64,000 nucleotides of DNA. Source: Octopus sinensis. Taxonomy: Eukaryota. The position numbers were made by a program, and so were the translations under genes. The notes beneath the pieces were generated by a model. The model was not told where the DNA came from. It saw only the letters and a list, made by a program, of their open reading frames with translations, and made no database searches. Below, piece by piece: positions 11,901-26,752 of this stretch; position 1 is the stretch's first letter; every line of letters starts with the position of its first letter. The stretch is from positions 83,576,001-83,640,000 of the forward strand of contig NC_043000.1 in NCBI RefSeq assembly GCF_006345805.1. The letters are read 5' to 3'.

Positions 11901-14900
11901 TTATTTTTGTTGTTTTTATTTTATTTTAAAATTATTGTTTTGTTTTATTCTCAAATATTTTATTGAACAATCTAGATTGAAATGAATTTAATTTTAAAAA
12001 AATCCAATTAGTTACATGAGACGCATCAACCTTTAATACCCTCTAAAAAAATACAAAAAAAAAAGCAAACAAACCTACTCACTTTAAGAATATATGAAAT
12101 ATTTGATTGATATTCTACCTATGTGTCCACTTCTTCTCTAATGTGTACAAGATCATCTGAATATTAAATCATTGAGAAAGTTGTTCTTATTTTGGAGACT
12201 AGGGAAGTATTAAGTGGTGATTTAAAAGTTAAATTGAGCTGTTGGACAATCCTGTAGGATTTCCTTTAATATCTTGCAACAATTATAATAATAATTCTTT
12301 CTAACTTTTGGTGCAAAGCCAGCACATTTGAAGGGAGAGAGAAGTTGACCTCTGTGGCATTTGAACACAGAAGAAATGCTGCTAAGCTTTTGTCCAGCAT
12401 GCCACCTTAACAACAATGATAATATAAAAATATTTATGAAGGCAGTGAGCTGGCACAATTGTTATTGCCCTGGACAAAAATGCTTAGTAGTATTTTGTCT
12501 GTTTTTATGCTATGTGCTCAAATGTGTCAGGGCCAGTTTTGTCTTTCATTCGTTCAAGGTCGATAAAATAAGTACCAGTTAAGCACTGGGGTCAATGTAA
12601 TTGACTTACCTTCTCCTGCTGAACTTGCTGGCCTTGTGCAAATGTTTGAAACCAATATAAAAATATTTATGAATAGAAAGAAAATAGAAACTGATGTATT
12701 TTGGCCACATGCATGACTGAGTAGTTATTTAGCTTGATACACAGTCACATGCTTGTAGGTCAGTACCATTGCATGCACTTCATGCAGGTTACTTCCACCA
12801 TAGTTTTGGCTTGTCCAAACCTAATGAGTGAAATTGAGTATGTGGTATCTAGTGCCCAGTTTAACACCACCATCTGAGCTTTCTGTACCTTTAGAATTGT
12901 TCATTTGATGCAAGTACCGTAAATCCTCGAGTATAATCCACACTTTTTTCCCCAAAATTTAAAGGTCAAAATCCCTATTGCTTATTATATATGAGGTTAA
13001 AAATGAGAAATATTTTCTAAGCAATATCCGAGTCTCTATTTGCTGTTCGGCAATGTTTATTCAGACGCATTTTGTGATGTCGGGCACAAAAATACCTTAA
13101 GCTAAGCCTGAAAGCAATGAAGTCATAAAAGAATCATCCATAACTTGCAGTAAGCAACATTTATTAAAATAAAAGTATTCAGAACACAGAATAACATGTA
13201 ACAAAAACAATTTGCAAACATATTTACATTCCCATTATTGTAATATGCATGCGCGGAATGTTTGTTCGACTAGGTGCTGCTGGCTTAATTACGCACAACT
13301 CAAGTTAGAGAAGTGGTGCATATTATACACAAGGTTTAGGTTTTTCAGAGGTACAACCCCCTAAAAATCCCCTGCGTATTATACTCAAGGACGGACTATA
13401 CTCGAGGATTTATGGTATTCAAACCAATTCTCCCTTTTCTCCACCAGAGAAAAATTAACACTGTTATCAGCTGCTTTTTATTTTCAACAATATCTATTAA
13501 TTATTCATATGCTTTCTTTTCAGAACACAGATCTTGCTCTTCCTCTCTGGATCCATCAATATGTGGCTTGTGTATTAGTTGAAGCTTATCACAATTATAT
13601 AACATCCAAACACTTAGGTTCAGTCTTTATGGAAGGTGTTAAGCAGGTAGAGTTCCCTATATTGGTTCTTTGAAAGTCTCCTCAATTTTTCATGAAAGCA
13701 GGTTTTTTTGCTTTGTAAAAAAATATAAATATTTCTTTCAAAATAATATAGTTATAATGTATAGCAACTACTTATTTGAAATAATTACCATAATTTTATC
13801 ATGTGTACCACAGGTGGCGTTAGTAGTGCGTCAGCAGCAAACCAATGAACAACAGTTCAGCAGCTGGGCTTGGGAACTTGTGTTTAAGCTTCATCTCCAC
13901 AATGATACCTTGCCACGCCCTTCATCATTTGAGCCTTCGACTAATTTAGTGGACATGGATAATATTCCAGAACTGAGAAAAGATACATTTTTAGCTTCTG
14001 TCCAACAAGGATTAAAAGTTGATAACCCAATTGCAATGTACGTTGCCATGACCATGACAAAATATGGACACGAGTAAGTATTGGCTTTATAAGTTTCTTA
14101 TATATTTAGAAGCAACTTGACATGTATTTGATATTATCGAACCTGAATTTGAAGTTATAAGAACTAGTTAAAGTGTGTTGGTAGTTTGAACTCTTCTCCC
14201 TTCTGTCATACAAGAAATGTTGTTCGTTTCCAGTCTTCTGTGATAAACATGTGGCCCTGGAGAAATATTACCTTACTTGAAAACAGGTGAGGGCTGGTGA
14301 GAGGAAAAGCTGTAGAAAATCTGTCTCAATAAGTTCTCTCTGACCCATGCAAGCAAGGAAAAATGGGTATTATTCAATGATGTTGATCATGATCATCAGA
14401 GATTAAATGATGCTGGTGAAATAGAGGTTCATAAGAAGGAACTATCTGATAAAAAGCTAACATATTTGGGTCAAAAAGTGGAAGTTGATGAAATGAATTT
14501 TGGGTTGTAATTAGGACTCATTTCACAAATCTTATTTCTTTTCAAATCATTAATTTATTTATTAGAAAGCATATAGGTATAAACTCTTCTGGGAAGGTAA
14601 TAGTGATGGAATAGTTGGTGTGGGCATACTTCTTGCAGAGAAATGGGTGGATAAGATCATAGAGGTAGTGAGGTTGTATGATAGAGTACTTAAACTCAGG
14701 CTGGTCTTGCAGAATGGTATAGCTACAATTATCTCTGCCTACACCCCACAAGCGGGCCTACAAAATGAACAGAAGGATCACTTTTGTGATATTCTGTTGT
14801 AGCCCCCCCCCCTCCCATGCTGGTGGCACGTAAAAAGCACTATCTGAACGTGATTGATGCCAGGTCTGCCCGACTGGCTCCTGTGCCAGTGGCAGGTAGA

Positions 14901-17900
14901 AAGCATCCATTACACTCTAGGAGTGGTTGGCGTTAGGAAGGGCATCCAGCTGTAGAAACATCACCAGATCAGATTGGAGCCTGGTGCAGCCACTGGCTCT
15001 CCAGACCTCAGTCAAACCATCCAACCCATGCTAGCATGGAAACCAGATGTTAAATGATAATGATGATGATGATGATGATGACGAATCATTCATCATTGGA
15101 AAGATTCTTTTTCTACGTTCTTATTGAAAAATAGTATTTTACAAACTAAATCTGAAATACCCATTAGAAATTATTTTTTTATGTATATTGTTGATTATGA
15201 AAAATATTTTTATTGTTAAATCATTTTCTTTTCTTGCTTTCAGTGTTGCTGAGTTCATTACTCATGGAATCCCCTTACTCTCCAAACTGAACAGCTTATA
15301 CTATACCAAAGCTGTTATACATATCATTGGACATTGCGTGCCCATGTTTTATAATCAGGGACAATATTTGATAGAAAATCAAGAGTGAGTTCATTGTACT
15401 TCATTTGTTTTTACATATTTACTACACTGAGAGAGTTAACTCTCCCTCTCAAATCATACCACAACTGTGTTATAACAATAAACACATTGAATACTATAAT
15501 GTAGTCCTAGATGTATGTAAAGTCTGCACTGTCATGGTTAGAAAGCTTTTGATCATAGTTTACTGATCTGTGGTTAAACAACAACAGTTTCAACTGTTTT
15601 CCTCAAAAGTGCTACCAACTAAACCAGACCAAACCAAACCAAACCAAACCAAACCACACCACACCACACCAAACCAAACCAAACCAACCAAACCAAACCA
15701 CACCACACCAAACCAAACCAAACCTGTTGTGTAGTGCTGAAGAGGACTGAGTTATATTGCTCTTTTATCCTTTTACGTGTTTTAATCATTTGACTGGCCA
15801 TGCTGGAGCACTGCCTTTTGTTGAGCAAATCGACTCCAGGGCTTATTCTTCATAAGACTAGTACTTATTCTATCGGTCTCTTTTGCTGAACCACTAAGTT
15901 ACGGGGACATAAACACACCAGTATCGGTTGTCAAGCAATGTTGGGGGGACAAACATAGACACAGAAACATATACGCACACCCATACATATATATATATAC
16001 ATATATACGACTGGCTACTTTCAGTTTCCGTCTACCAAATTCACTCACAAGGCTTTGGTCGGCCCAAGGCTATAGTAGAAGGCACTCGCCCAAGGTGCCA
16101 CACAGTGGGACTGAACCCACAACCATGTGGTTGGTAAGCAAGCCACTTAACTCACAGCCTCTCCTGTGCTTCTCAATATTGATAGCATTCTTTAAAAAAT
16201 TCTAAAATTTCTGTGGATTGAAAATTCTCAAATTTCTGCTTCCATCTATCCAAAAATCACTTTTATTTACTTCCATAGTTATCTTAAGGAGACAATTTTC
16301 CTATTAATAGCATCTTTAACCCTTCAGTATTTAAACTGGCCATATCCACCCCAAAATATTCTACATATTCTATGTTCAAACTGGCCAGATCTGGTTTCTC
16401 ATGTCTACCCTACAGAGTTATTTTAAAATAGACAATTACATCATCAAATTCTCGTAGATATGAGATAATGCACAATCAGTTAAAAACAATGTGAATAAAT
16501 AAGCATTTACAGACTAATTTGAATACTAAGAAGCTCTTACTGTAGGAGTCATAAATATTTAGATACTGGTCTTTGGTGTGAATTTTTTCATAATGTTTTC
16601 AAAATCTCAGTACATAAAAAATTATGTAATTTTTCTGCTTTTGTCTGCCAGTGCCCTGAATTGGTAAGTAACAATGCTTCTTTTAAGGTAAAAATAAATG
16701 CATTGATGAGTGACAAAATATTTCTCTCTGGTTGCCTTTATTTTGGCTTAGACTACTGTGGTTCTTCATATTCAGTGGGAATTCATATAGGAAACCTTTT
16801 TTTCCTCTTTCATTCATGTGGATTGAATATAATTGTCAGTTTCTTATTGAGATTGCTTGTAATGTAATTATATAATATGAAGTAAATAAATGGACAATGA
16901 GTGCTAGATAAAGAAGTGCAGTGAGTTATATGTGAAGAAGAAACATTGAAAATGCAGGGGAGAAAGTGATCAAGGTAAAGGGTGAAAGATGCTGGGAGTT
17001 CTGTTATTTTATTTACTCTATACTTATAAGATTATTCTAATTAAAGTTGTCATTATTATTACATATGATAAACATTTTGATATTTTAAAAAAAAACTTTA
17101 TATATTCTTAACTGTAAAATTTAAGGTAAATCTTGTATGAATTTATTTGCAGAACTATCAAACTTTGGTTTGTTAATTTTCGTTTTTCATATTTACAAAT
17201 AATAATTGGTGGAATAAATAAAATATTGATCACTTTTTGTCTGATTTAAGCAATACCATAAAATAATGGCATTTCATCATTAAAGACACTCTTCAGCGTG
17301 TCAGTCACTTTGAAGAGAACTTCTAAATTCCATTTTGAATTGATTTTATTAGTAACAAGGTGTAAGTGTCTGCCCCTTAACCCTCCCTAACATTGCTTGG
17401 GTTCAGAAATCATTTCCTCTTCAAATCTTTTAATGATTGGAGCAAGATTTGTTTAATATCTGAGCATATATATTTTAGATGAAATGCAATACTGAAGTAT
17501 TAATGATGCTTTCTGTATTCAGTTTGCCTTGAATTTCATAAGTTTGCCTTGTATTGCAGAAGATAATATATATAAATATACATTGCATGTTATGCTCAGA
17601 AGCAATACATTTTACCAGAATTTTTTGACTCATGATCCAGTAGAACAAACCATTCCAAATCCTATTTAGAATACCTGTGTAAATGAAGTAAGGACAGGCT
17701 AGCTTGTAATGACTTAGAGTTGTAAAATGTATAATAATACTGTATCTTTATATTTTGAAATGTTTTAATTGAAGAACGTATTATGTAATAGGCAAATTCT
17801 TTTTCTCTCTTGCATAATCATCTGAAACATGTGTATTAAATGCATTTAAAATATTAATATTTGGTTTTATTGGTTATTCCACAATACTCTGTGGAGTATA

Positions 17901-20900
17901 GGCCAGTTTCCTGGTTTCTTTGGTGTATATTTTTCTCCTTGGACGGGACACTAGTCCGTTGCAGGTTTACCACTTTTACCAGCTGAATGGACTGGAGTAG
18001 CGTGAAATGAAATGTTTTGCTCAAGAACACAATGCATCACCTGGTCCAGAAATCAGAACCACAATCTCACGATCATGAGCTCAACATCCTAACCACTAAG
18101 CCATGTGCCTCCACTGGTTTCCTTGATTCAACTTTATTATATGTATATATACATACATGACTTAAATTGTGTGCTGCATCTTTTCATTAGTTGAAAATTT
18201 AGGATTTCAAGGTTTAACAAGATGTTTTACTAAAGGTTTACTGAAACCTCTTACACCTTACTTTCTTTTATTTGCAGGTTCTTAAAAACACTCCACAATG
18301 TCTTACTTGCTGACGAAACTCCTATGCGAGTTGCAAAAAACCTTATTTCTTCTGATTTCCCTGGTGCCATGACCAAATTATTTAATTCCATGATTCTGGT
18401 AAAGTGACTAGAGATTATTATATTACTTAACAAATTCAGTATTTTTTTTTAATATCTGAATGTAGTTTTGTTATTTTACTTCCTCATTTGCCTCTATTTA
18501 TTTATTAGACTCAAATACAAGCAACAAATTGTCCTGCGGATGCTGTGACTGTCATTGCATTATGGGCTCATTTGATGTTGAAAATTCCAAAATGGAGTTT
18601 GGACAGGTAATTTTTTTACATTTTCAAATTTACAGGTAATTAATTAGACCTTTGTGGATACATATCCAGATAGCTGTGTAATTACTGGTTAAATGCTCTA
18701 AATATTTGTGTGTGTGTGTGTGTGTGTTGGACTCTCCTGTTGTAATTAACAGGTGAGGGTTCTGCAATTTCTTTCTGAAAAACCTGTACAAATGGTTTGC
18801 TTATAGTAATCAAATCACTTACTTCCTCCATCAAACCAATTTTGCCTGTAGTGGTGCACAGTGTGCCACACACGTTTGATGTTGAAGTGATTGCAGAGCA
18901 ACATGAGATGAAGTGTTTTGTTCAAGAACACAACATACCACCCACCTAGGAATCAAATCCACAATCTTATGAGTGTGTGTGCAGCACCCTAACTACCAAG
19001 CCACATGCCTTCACCACACACACACACACATACACTTTGACTTTTACATGCCACTAGCACGAGTATCATAACTACAATTTCCATTTGATTTTTACTTTGA
19101 TGTTGATGTTGACATACTTAACTCAAGCACAGCGGTGTGGTTAGAAATGGAATTGTATAGAAACAATTGTAATGAATATAACATTTGTGTTAAATTCATT
19201 CTTCATCTTCTTCCCCATTTTATATAGTTGCTGTAAAATACTAGATTATTTTGTGGATTATCTTACATTAAACAGTTATTAATGAAATCCAGGATTATTA
19301 TTTATTAGTTATGAATAATATTTTAAATCACTCAATATTAGGGTAGGTAAAGGCAGCAAGCTGGCAGAATCATTAGCATCCTAAGCAAAATGCTTAGTGG
19401 CATTTTGTCCGTCTTTATGTTTTGAGTTCAAATTCTGTCTAGGTTGACTTTGCCCTTTATCCTTTTGAGGTTGATAAAAAGAGTACCAGTTGAGCACTTC
19501 TCCAAAATTGCTGGCTATGTGCCAATTTTGAAATCATTATTAGGGAAAGTAATTTGTTAAAATTTTGTTATGTAGAAATATCACAGTAATATTAAATTAT
19601 TGTATGCCTGTGTGTATGGTTGTTTGGAGAGACACCACAGTGTTGCTTGCTTAACTTTTGGAGTAAAGTGTGAATAAAATTCAATTTTATATGTCATATA
19701 TTTCAAACAAATGATAAAAAAATATGCTACAATGTCTTTCTGTTCTTTTGATAGAAACTGCTGTTATGTGCTGGACAACCTTGTGCGAAGTGCATTCCGT
19801 TATGTAGAAGCACTGAAGAAGATTGAGACTCTTCTATCAGAACAGTATCAAGTAAATAACTTCTTGTCACTAGTTTATGTGAAACTAAGAAAATATTTCA
19901 TGATGTATGGGAAATGCTAATAGTTATTTGAATTAGTGCAATAATAACACTGTGAAACACGATTTTTGTCCTTGGGTATCAACTGTCATTTCCTATTTTC
20001 TTACCCCTAGAAAGTGTGAAAAATGGCTAATATTTTCTTCAAGATTTGCTTTTGTTATGTTTATTCAAACCTCAAAGAATCCCTCTCAACACATGGCTTT
20101 GATGCACCCCTATTACTCCTGCTTGTGATCAGGGATGCACATATCATCAGCCACTAAGGGACATGCTTTGTGAGTGGATTTGATAGACGGAAATACACAC
20201 ACACATATGGGCATGGCGTGGGGTGTTAGTATTTTCCTGTAACATTGTGTCATAGCTGTAAACGAGTCTGAGTATCATACAAGTGGTGTACTTTATTTAC
20301 AGTCTTCTGTGAAAATGTTTGGCCAAAGTGAACTGTTACTCTACTTGAAAACAGGTGAGGGTTGGTGACAGGAAAGGCATCCAGCTATAGAAAATCTGTT
20401 TCAGTGAATTCTGTCAGACTCAATTAAGCATGGAAATGTGGACATTGAAAGAAATGATGATGATTAAAACTGACAAAGAAGTGTTGTGTGTTGGTGGTTG
20501 ATGGTAGGCAATTAACTAAGATATATGTCAAAAGATTTGATAAAAAGAATGGATTCAACTGAAAATATGTGGTACTGCAGTCCTAAATAATTCATGCTTG
20601 TATATGAAAACTGTTATAAAACTGATATTGAGATATTTTGATTTACACAATATAATGATAGCAGTTTCAGCCGAGCAAATTAAAAAGATTTTGTATTAAT
20701 TGATGGAGGTTCACTGTAATCATGGCTGAAATATTCTTTGGCTTAGTTCACTTTTCTAAAAATAAGTACCATGCCTAAGTTTGGTTTCCTATTTTAACCC
20801 TTTAGTGTTTAAGGCAACCATATCTGACCCAAATATTCTACCTGTTTTATGTTTAAACTGGCCAGATCTGACCTCTCATACCTATCCTACAATATCATTC

Positions 20901-23900
20901 TAAAAATATATAATCACATCATCAAAATGTCAAAGCTACAAGATAATGCATGATTAATTCAAAATGATGTGAATAGATAAGCATTACATTTGATAGAGTA
21001 ATCTGAATGCTAAAAGTTTAAGCTGTGGGAACACTGAATAATTGAATAAATGTTTAATTTTTAAATTCATATGCTGAATCCATATGTTATGGACCAGGAA
21101 AAGTCTCCAAGAGCTTTTTCTACTGCAATCCTTCCTAGAGACACTAAAACCTGCAGTAGTTCATCCTGAGTTCAGAGGCACCTCATCTCTTTTGTTACCA
21201 TGTTTCTGTTTGAAAAATACTTCCTTTGTTTCGATTGATTTTGAAAATAATGAAGAATTTAGTAAATTAAATTAGTCATTATTAAACTGGTGTTTGAAAC
21301 ATAAATTTATGGAAGATTTAACTTTAAATCACTTTAACCCTTTAACATTCAAACTGGCCTTATCTGGCCCAAATATTCTGTCTGTTTTTCGTTCAAACTG
21401 GCCAGGTCCAGCCTCTCACACCTATCCTACATTGTCATTCTAAAGGTAAACTCATTGAAATCTTGAAACTATGAGATGATTCATGAGTAATTAAAAAAAA
21501 TATGAATAAATAAACATGGCATTTGACAGATTAATCTGAATGTTAAAGGGTAAAAACAGGAAGTTTGTAGCATATAATCAAGGGTGGGTTGGGGCAGTTT
21601 GGTATTGAAAGGGTTAAGTGATAAGGAAGAAGCTGAAAGTAATGTCAGTACCAAGAGCATAGTGACATTTAACTAAATTGTTTGTATTTGAAATTGCTAT
21701 GTGTTTATTTTCAGTGTATGTTAGCAGAATACAGAAGTCAGGGTGTTGTAGAATCTTTTGTGAATTGGATTGCTGCTGGTCAGAATCTGCCATCATTCAT
21801 GGAAAAACAATCATTACCTGATGCTCCATGGCTAGCTTACCTTATTCTCAGCATTGAAGGAAAGTATGAAGAATGTACACTGTTATGGCCTACTATACAA
21901 CAAGAGCTTTTATCAAATACCAAAATATCTGTGGAACAAGCCTGGAAGGTTAGTTTACTGTTTTGTATTATTATTTTAACCTGAAATGCAATCACAGAAA
22001 TGGTTGTCTTCTAAATTATATACCTATAGGTTATTAAACATTTACAGATTTAGACTAACATGTTATTTGAAATATATGTTTGAACATTTCTTGCTTTTTT
22101 TGACTTATTTCAGAAATCTGCTGTCAAACTCAAGTTAAAGACAATCTCTGCTTTCCACCGTCTCAATATTTACCGTTGGGCTCAGCAAGCAGTAGACACT
22201 CCTAATGATCATCCTATATTGCCTCTTATATGGCAACGCTTTTTTGTGCTCTACTTGGGAAGATCTATTACACCTGGAAGGTATATCATTTAATTTATAG
22301 TTATCAATGATTACAAATTTATTTATTTTATACTTTCCTTTCATGAGATATAATTGCATATAACTTCTTCAAATGTGTGCATGATTTATTTTTCACAATT
22401 TGTTAGTCTTTAGAAACTGTCCTTAGACAAAGGAAACTTGGTCAGTCTCATAGTCAGTCCTATAGTCTTTACGAATTGTCTTAGGATAGAGAAAACTTGG
22501 TCAGCAAATCAAACAACTGATCCATTTTACTAGGCATAATGAGAATATTTGACAATCCAGGAATGTACAGCTATAGAGGTTTTATTGAAATTAATTCATA
22601 TAACTCACATGTTTGATGGCTGTTTGTTATTTTTCATTTTAGCTTCCTCTCAAGTGAGGGATGGTTGTTCATTACTTGAATTTTTTTGTCTTCCCACTTT
22701 TTGTTCCATTGGTAGAAGCTAATCTTTCAAGAGAAGTTCAATGACCATTTACACATGTTATGGTTCATTAAATACCAACCATTTAAACTTTTTCCCCTAT
22801 CTAATCAGATATTTGATTATCAATAGTGACATGAGTTTTTAGATGTGTAGCCATCTCTCCATGCATAAGATGAAATATTTCAAACAGACTTCTTGTATAC
22901 AATCAGATCCAGGAACTTTTCAGCTGAGCATGTCTTTTCCTTTCTTCTATTACGTGTAGGTGTAATTTATTTTCTAACATGTAGTGATTGCTTTATTTTT
23001 GTAGTGCACAACTTTTCTCCTAGCTTGCAATAACATTTATATAAATTATTTCTGTTTTATTTTACAGTGTCTCAAAAAAAAAAAGCTTCTAGTTTCAAAA
23101 GAACCCATTTTCTTTGAGGTTATATTTCTGCTCTTAGTTTTCTTTATAGAAATTACATAGCAGGCTCCACTTCTCATAAAATTACAATGTAATCTTATTA
23201 ATGCCTCCTGTAATATTTATGTCATCTTGTTCCCTTCCACTATAGTTCATTTCATTTGTTCTTCCCCTCTTCTTGTTTGCCATTAATGTCTCCTCTAATG
23301 TCAAATTTCTACATATGTCACCTGAAATGTAATACATTGGGAAATGTTTCATCATCATTGTCATAATTTTCTTTTTGATTTCATTGTTGTTTGTATGTTG
23401 TATATTGTATGATCCCTATGAGTTTACACTTTTTGAAAGCTCCTTTATTCTTCTGATCATTCTTTTTACCTTTTTCTTGTCTTTCCAATGTTGCTGTTAT
23501 ATGAAGTTACCACTTTTGTCAATATTTACAAATTTTTTCTTGTTTTGTCAGTATACAGAGTTTTATTTTCACATTATAAATTGTATTGTGAACTAGTATT
23601 TAGCAACTATAATTGTTTTCTTGTTCTGTTGTTTAATTATATTCCTGCTTTAACTTATCTTAGATTAATAACTAACCAGCTGTTCTCTTAAAAATCTATA
23701 TCATGCATTCTGACAGATAAAGTAAATATAATCTATAATCTTCATTAATATTATTTCTGAATTATTCTTAAGTCAGAGATGTCATCTGGTTTTCTCTTCC
23801 ACTATGGTTAATTCCATTTGTTCTTCCCTTCTTGTTTGCCATCAACTTCTCTAAAGTCAAACTCCTACATATTTTATCACAGATTTTTGTTACAGCTGAT

Positions 23901-26107
23901 TATTTGGAATTTCATTTTTCTATAGATCTGCAACAATATTTGTATTGTATTTCACAGCTTACCAGAACGAGCAAGCAATGGAAACCGGTTCTTTGAAAGC
24001 CTCAGTTACCGAAACCTGCTGAAAAAAATGAAAAAGAAACTTGTGGATGTAGTTCAGCACCATATTGCTGTGTTACAGAGTGCCAAAGGTTCTGAAGGAG
24101 AAAACACAGGTGAGGGATGTCAGCTTAACAGCACCTCTCCATTATTTCTGGAACTCAGCAGTTCTTTCATTTTAATGTTCCATTTTTTGCATATTCTGCT
24201 TTTGACTTTACAATCCTGAAGCCACCTTGACCTTTCTTAAACCAACTATCCTTTCAAAAGAAACAATATTCCACATGAACTTTTATCAAGAACTTGGCAG
24301 TAGCTAACCTGGAACTTTCAAATAGTCCAACCTTGTTACAATATCTGTTCCTTAATCTCCCCTAACACTCAATCAACCCCATTTAGTGCATCTAGTGTAA
24401 GCTCTGCAATAGAAAAAAATAGGGTGCTGTTTAAATGATCATTTCCATGAACATCAACAATACTATATTATATATACATGTATATGGTGTGTGTATACCT
24501 GGTTGTGTACATATATACTTTATGTCAGAGCACAAGCAATCTGAGATGAACAAGTCAAGTATGGTGTTGTTTAAATTGACTATACTCCATCTTCTATTAT
24601 TTGTAGGTAGCTACCTTTGACAAAAGTCATTATTTATAATCTTATGCCTCTGGTAGAAGTCAGGATTAATTTTTTTAATATTTTATGTATGCTCGTGTCA
24701 AATTGGGTGGAATGATAGAAATGATAATATACTCAACAAAATGTATTTACTTTCATTTATTTTCTGAGTAAAAATCTCATTTGAGTTAACTTTGCTTTTC
24801 ATTGTTCTTAAGATGAATTCTTTGGATGTTGTTATGCATATATAGGTCAGCTCTGGTTGTATAGTTCTATGGTATGTAGTAGTTAGCCAAACAACCAGGT
24901 TCAACCCTTTCATCTATTATTCCATTGGCTCAACCTTGTTAACAATCTTAGAGTACACTTTGATATGCAGTGATGAATCAAATGAGATTCAGTGTGCCAG
25001 TATAGATATGTTATATTCTCTCCACTTTTAAATCTGTTTCTGTATGCCTCTTGTTGTTTAGCCCCAGGTCTACTATGATCAAACAGACCCATGATTAAAG
25101 GCATTTCAGTCATAATTATGCTATTTTTTCAGGATATCTATGATCACATTATTGAAATATGGTAGACTGGGATTTGGCTGCTGTTTCTAGTATGTTTAAT
25201 GGCCACACAAAGATACTCTTGCTTGCCTGTATGTTTGTAGATATTGTGGTTGCTACCATGCAGGCAGGTATGATGGATTGGGTCAGAGCATGATAGTGTT
25301 CTTCTGCACATTTGTGTTGCACTGCATTCTTAGCACATTATTTCAACTAATGTTGTACTTAATGTTTTTTCTAGTCCTCTCTGTATCTGGTTCTATTTTA
25401 ATGTCTGTCAGGGCTAAGTGGAAGACTTGTAAACTTAAGGATTCTATTGTAGAGATGTTTTGGAGTGGTTGGAAGTGCTTTTCATGGGAGGGACTGTTTA
25501 TGTTGAAGTTGGCTGTGGCAACAAACTGTACTTATTGTATGTCCAGGTGGTCTTTGATATTCTTGTTTCATTTTGTAGCTAGTCTGAAAACATGAATTCT
25601 TTTTGATTAAGAGAAGATTGTGTTATATAGACTCAGGGTTATCTCATAATGAGCCAGAAATGCTTGTAAAAGTCCAAGAGAGGAATCCACTGAACTGATC
25701 ATGGTGAATTTACACCTTTACCATAAGTGAGAAATTTTTTCCACAGTAAATTGCAGTGAAATTAGCTTTAGAAGTTAAAATATGTCACAGACATACTGGA
25801 ACTAATCTAAAAACAATTATATTCTTTTTTTTTTTTACCTTTAAAAAGTACCTATGCCAGTGACAAAATCTAATAATATTTTCTTGTGTACATTTTTAGA
25901 ATCTCCACCCATGTCTGAATCTTCCAGTTGCCTTTCTTTAGAATCTTTGAAAGGAGAATGTGAGGAAACCGTAAAGAAGTCGTTAAATACTCAATTACAT
26001 ACAACATTACAAAAGTGAGTTGCTTTTTTTTTTTTATGTTGGATATTGTTCTGAATGTTTGGAAGCTCTTGATACACTGAGAGACAAACCAATATTCTAT
26101 GTATATA

Positions 26108-26141
<34 letters not shown>

Positions 26142-26720
26142 GAAATTATTGTATACAGTGCCCAGGTGCACCACAACTTGTCAGAAAGTGCGTATAAAGG
26201 GTATGCAGTAATGTACAAATGTCTGGAAAGCGGACAATGTATGAGTCAGATACATGCTTGTGTGTATGAAGGGGAGAAAATCAGGTGTAGTGTTGGCGAA
26301 TCTGTGTATGTTTATGTTTGTAAATGTTAAAATCAAATGTGTATGTGTATGTAAGTGTAAGTAAGAAGAGAATAAAACTTATTTCAAGAAGTGTCAAATA
26401 ATTGAAAATATTTTCTCCTACACCTTTCAGCTTATTTGAGAGTTTTCAATTTTGGCTGGATGAACCTCGACTTCATGAAGCTACCTTATATCTCCCTGCA
26501 CTTCCAACACAATATGATTCTGAGCGCTTGCAGAAGATATTTTTCTGTGATAAGGTGGGTTTATTTATTTCTCTGATATCATACAAATATTTTCTTATTT
26601 TTAATTAAGATTAATTAATAATAATGTATTTGTTTATAGGCAATAATTTGCATGCGAGCATACTTGCATGTATACACACACACACACACACTTTATATAT
26701 GAATATATATATATATATTA

Positions 26721-26752
<32 letters not shown>

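Noticed and set aside
15618-15724. Telomere-like repeat and the GLVWF ORF
   Set aside because: The unit is AAACC/ACACC, not TTAGGG; the ORF is a by-product of the microsatellite.
23090-25620. Nested antisense gene suggested by several short minus-strand ORFs
   Set aside because: The pieces look like heavily decayed RTE/BovB-type LINE remnants and form no coherent spliced frame; too degraded to annotate confidently.
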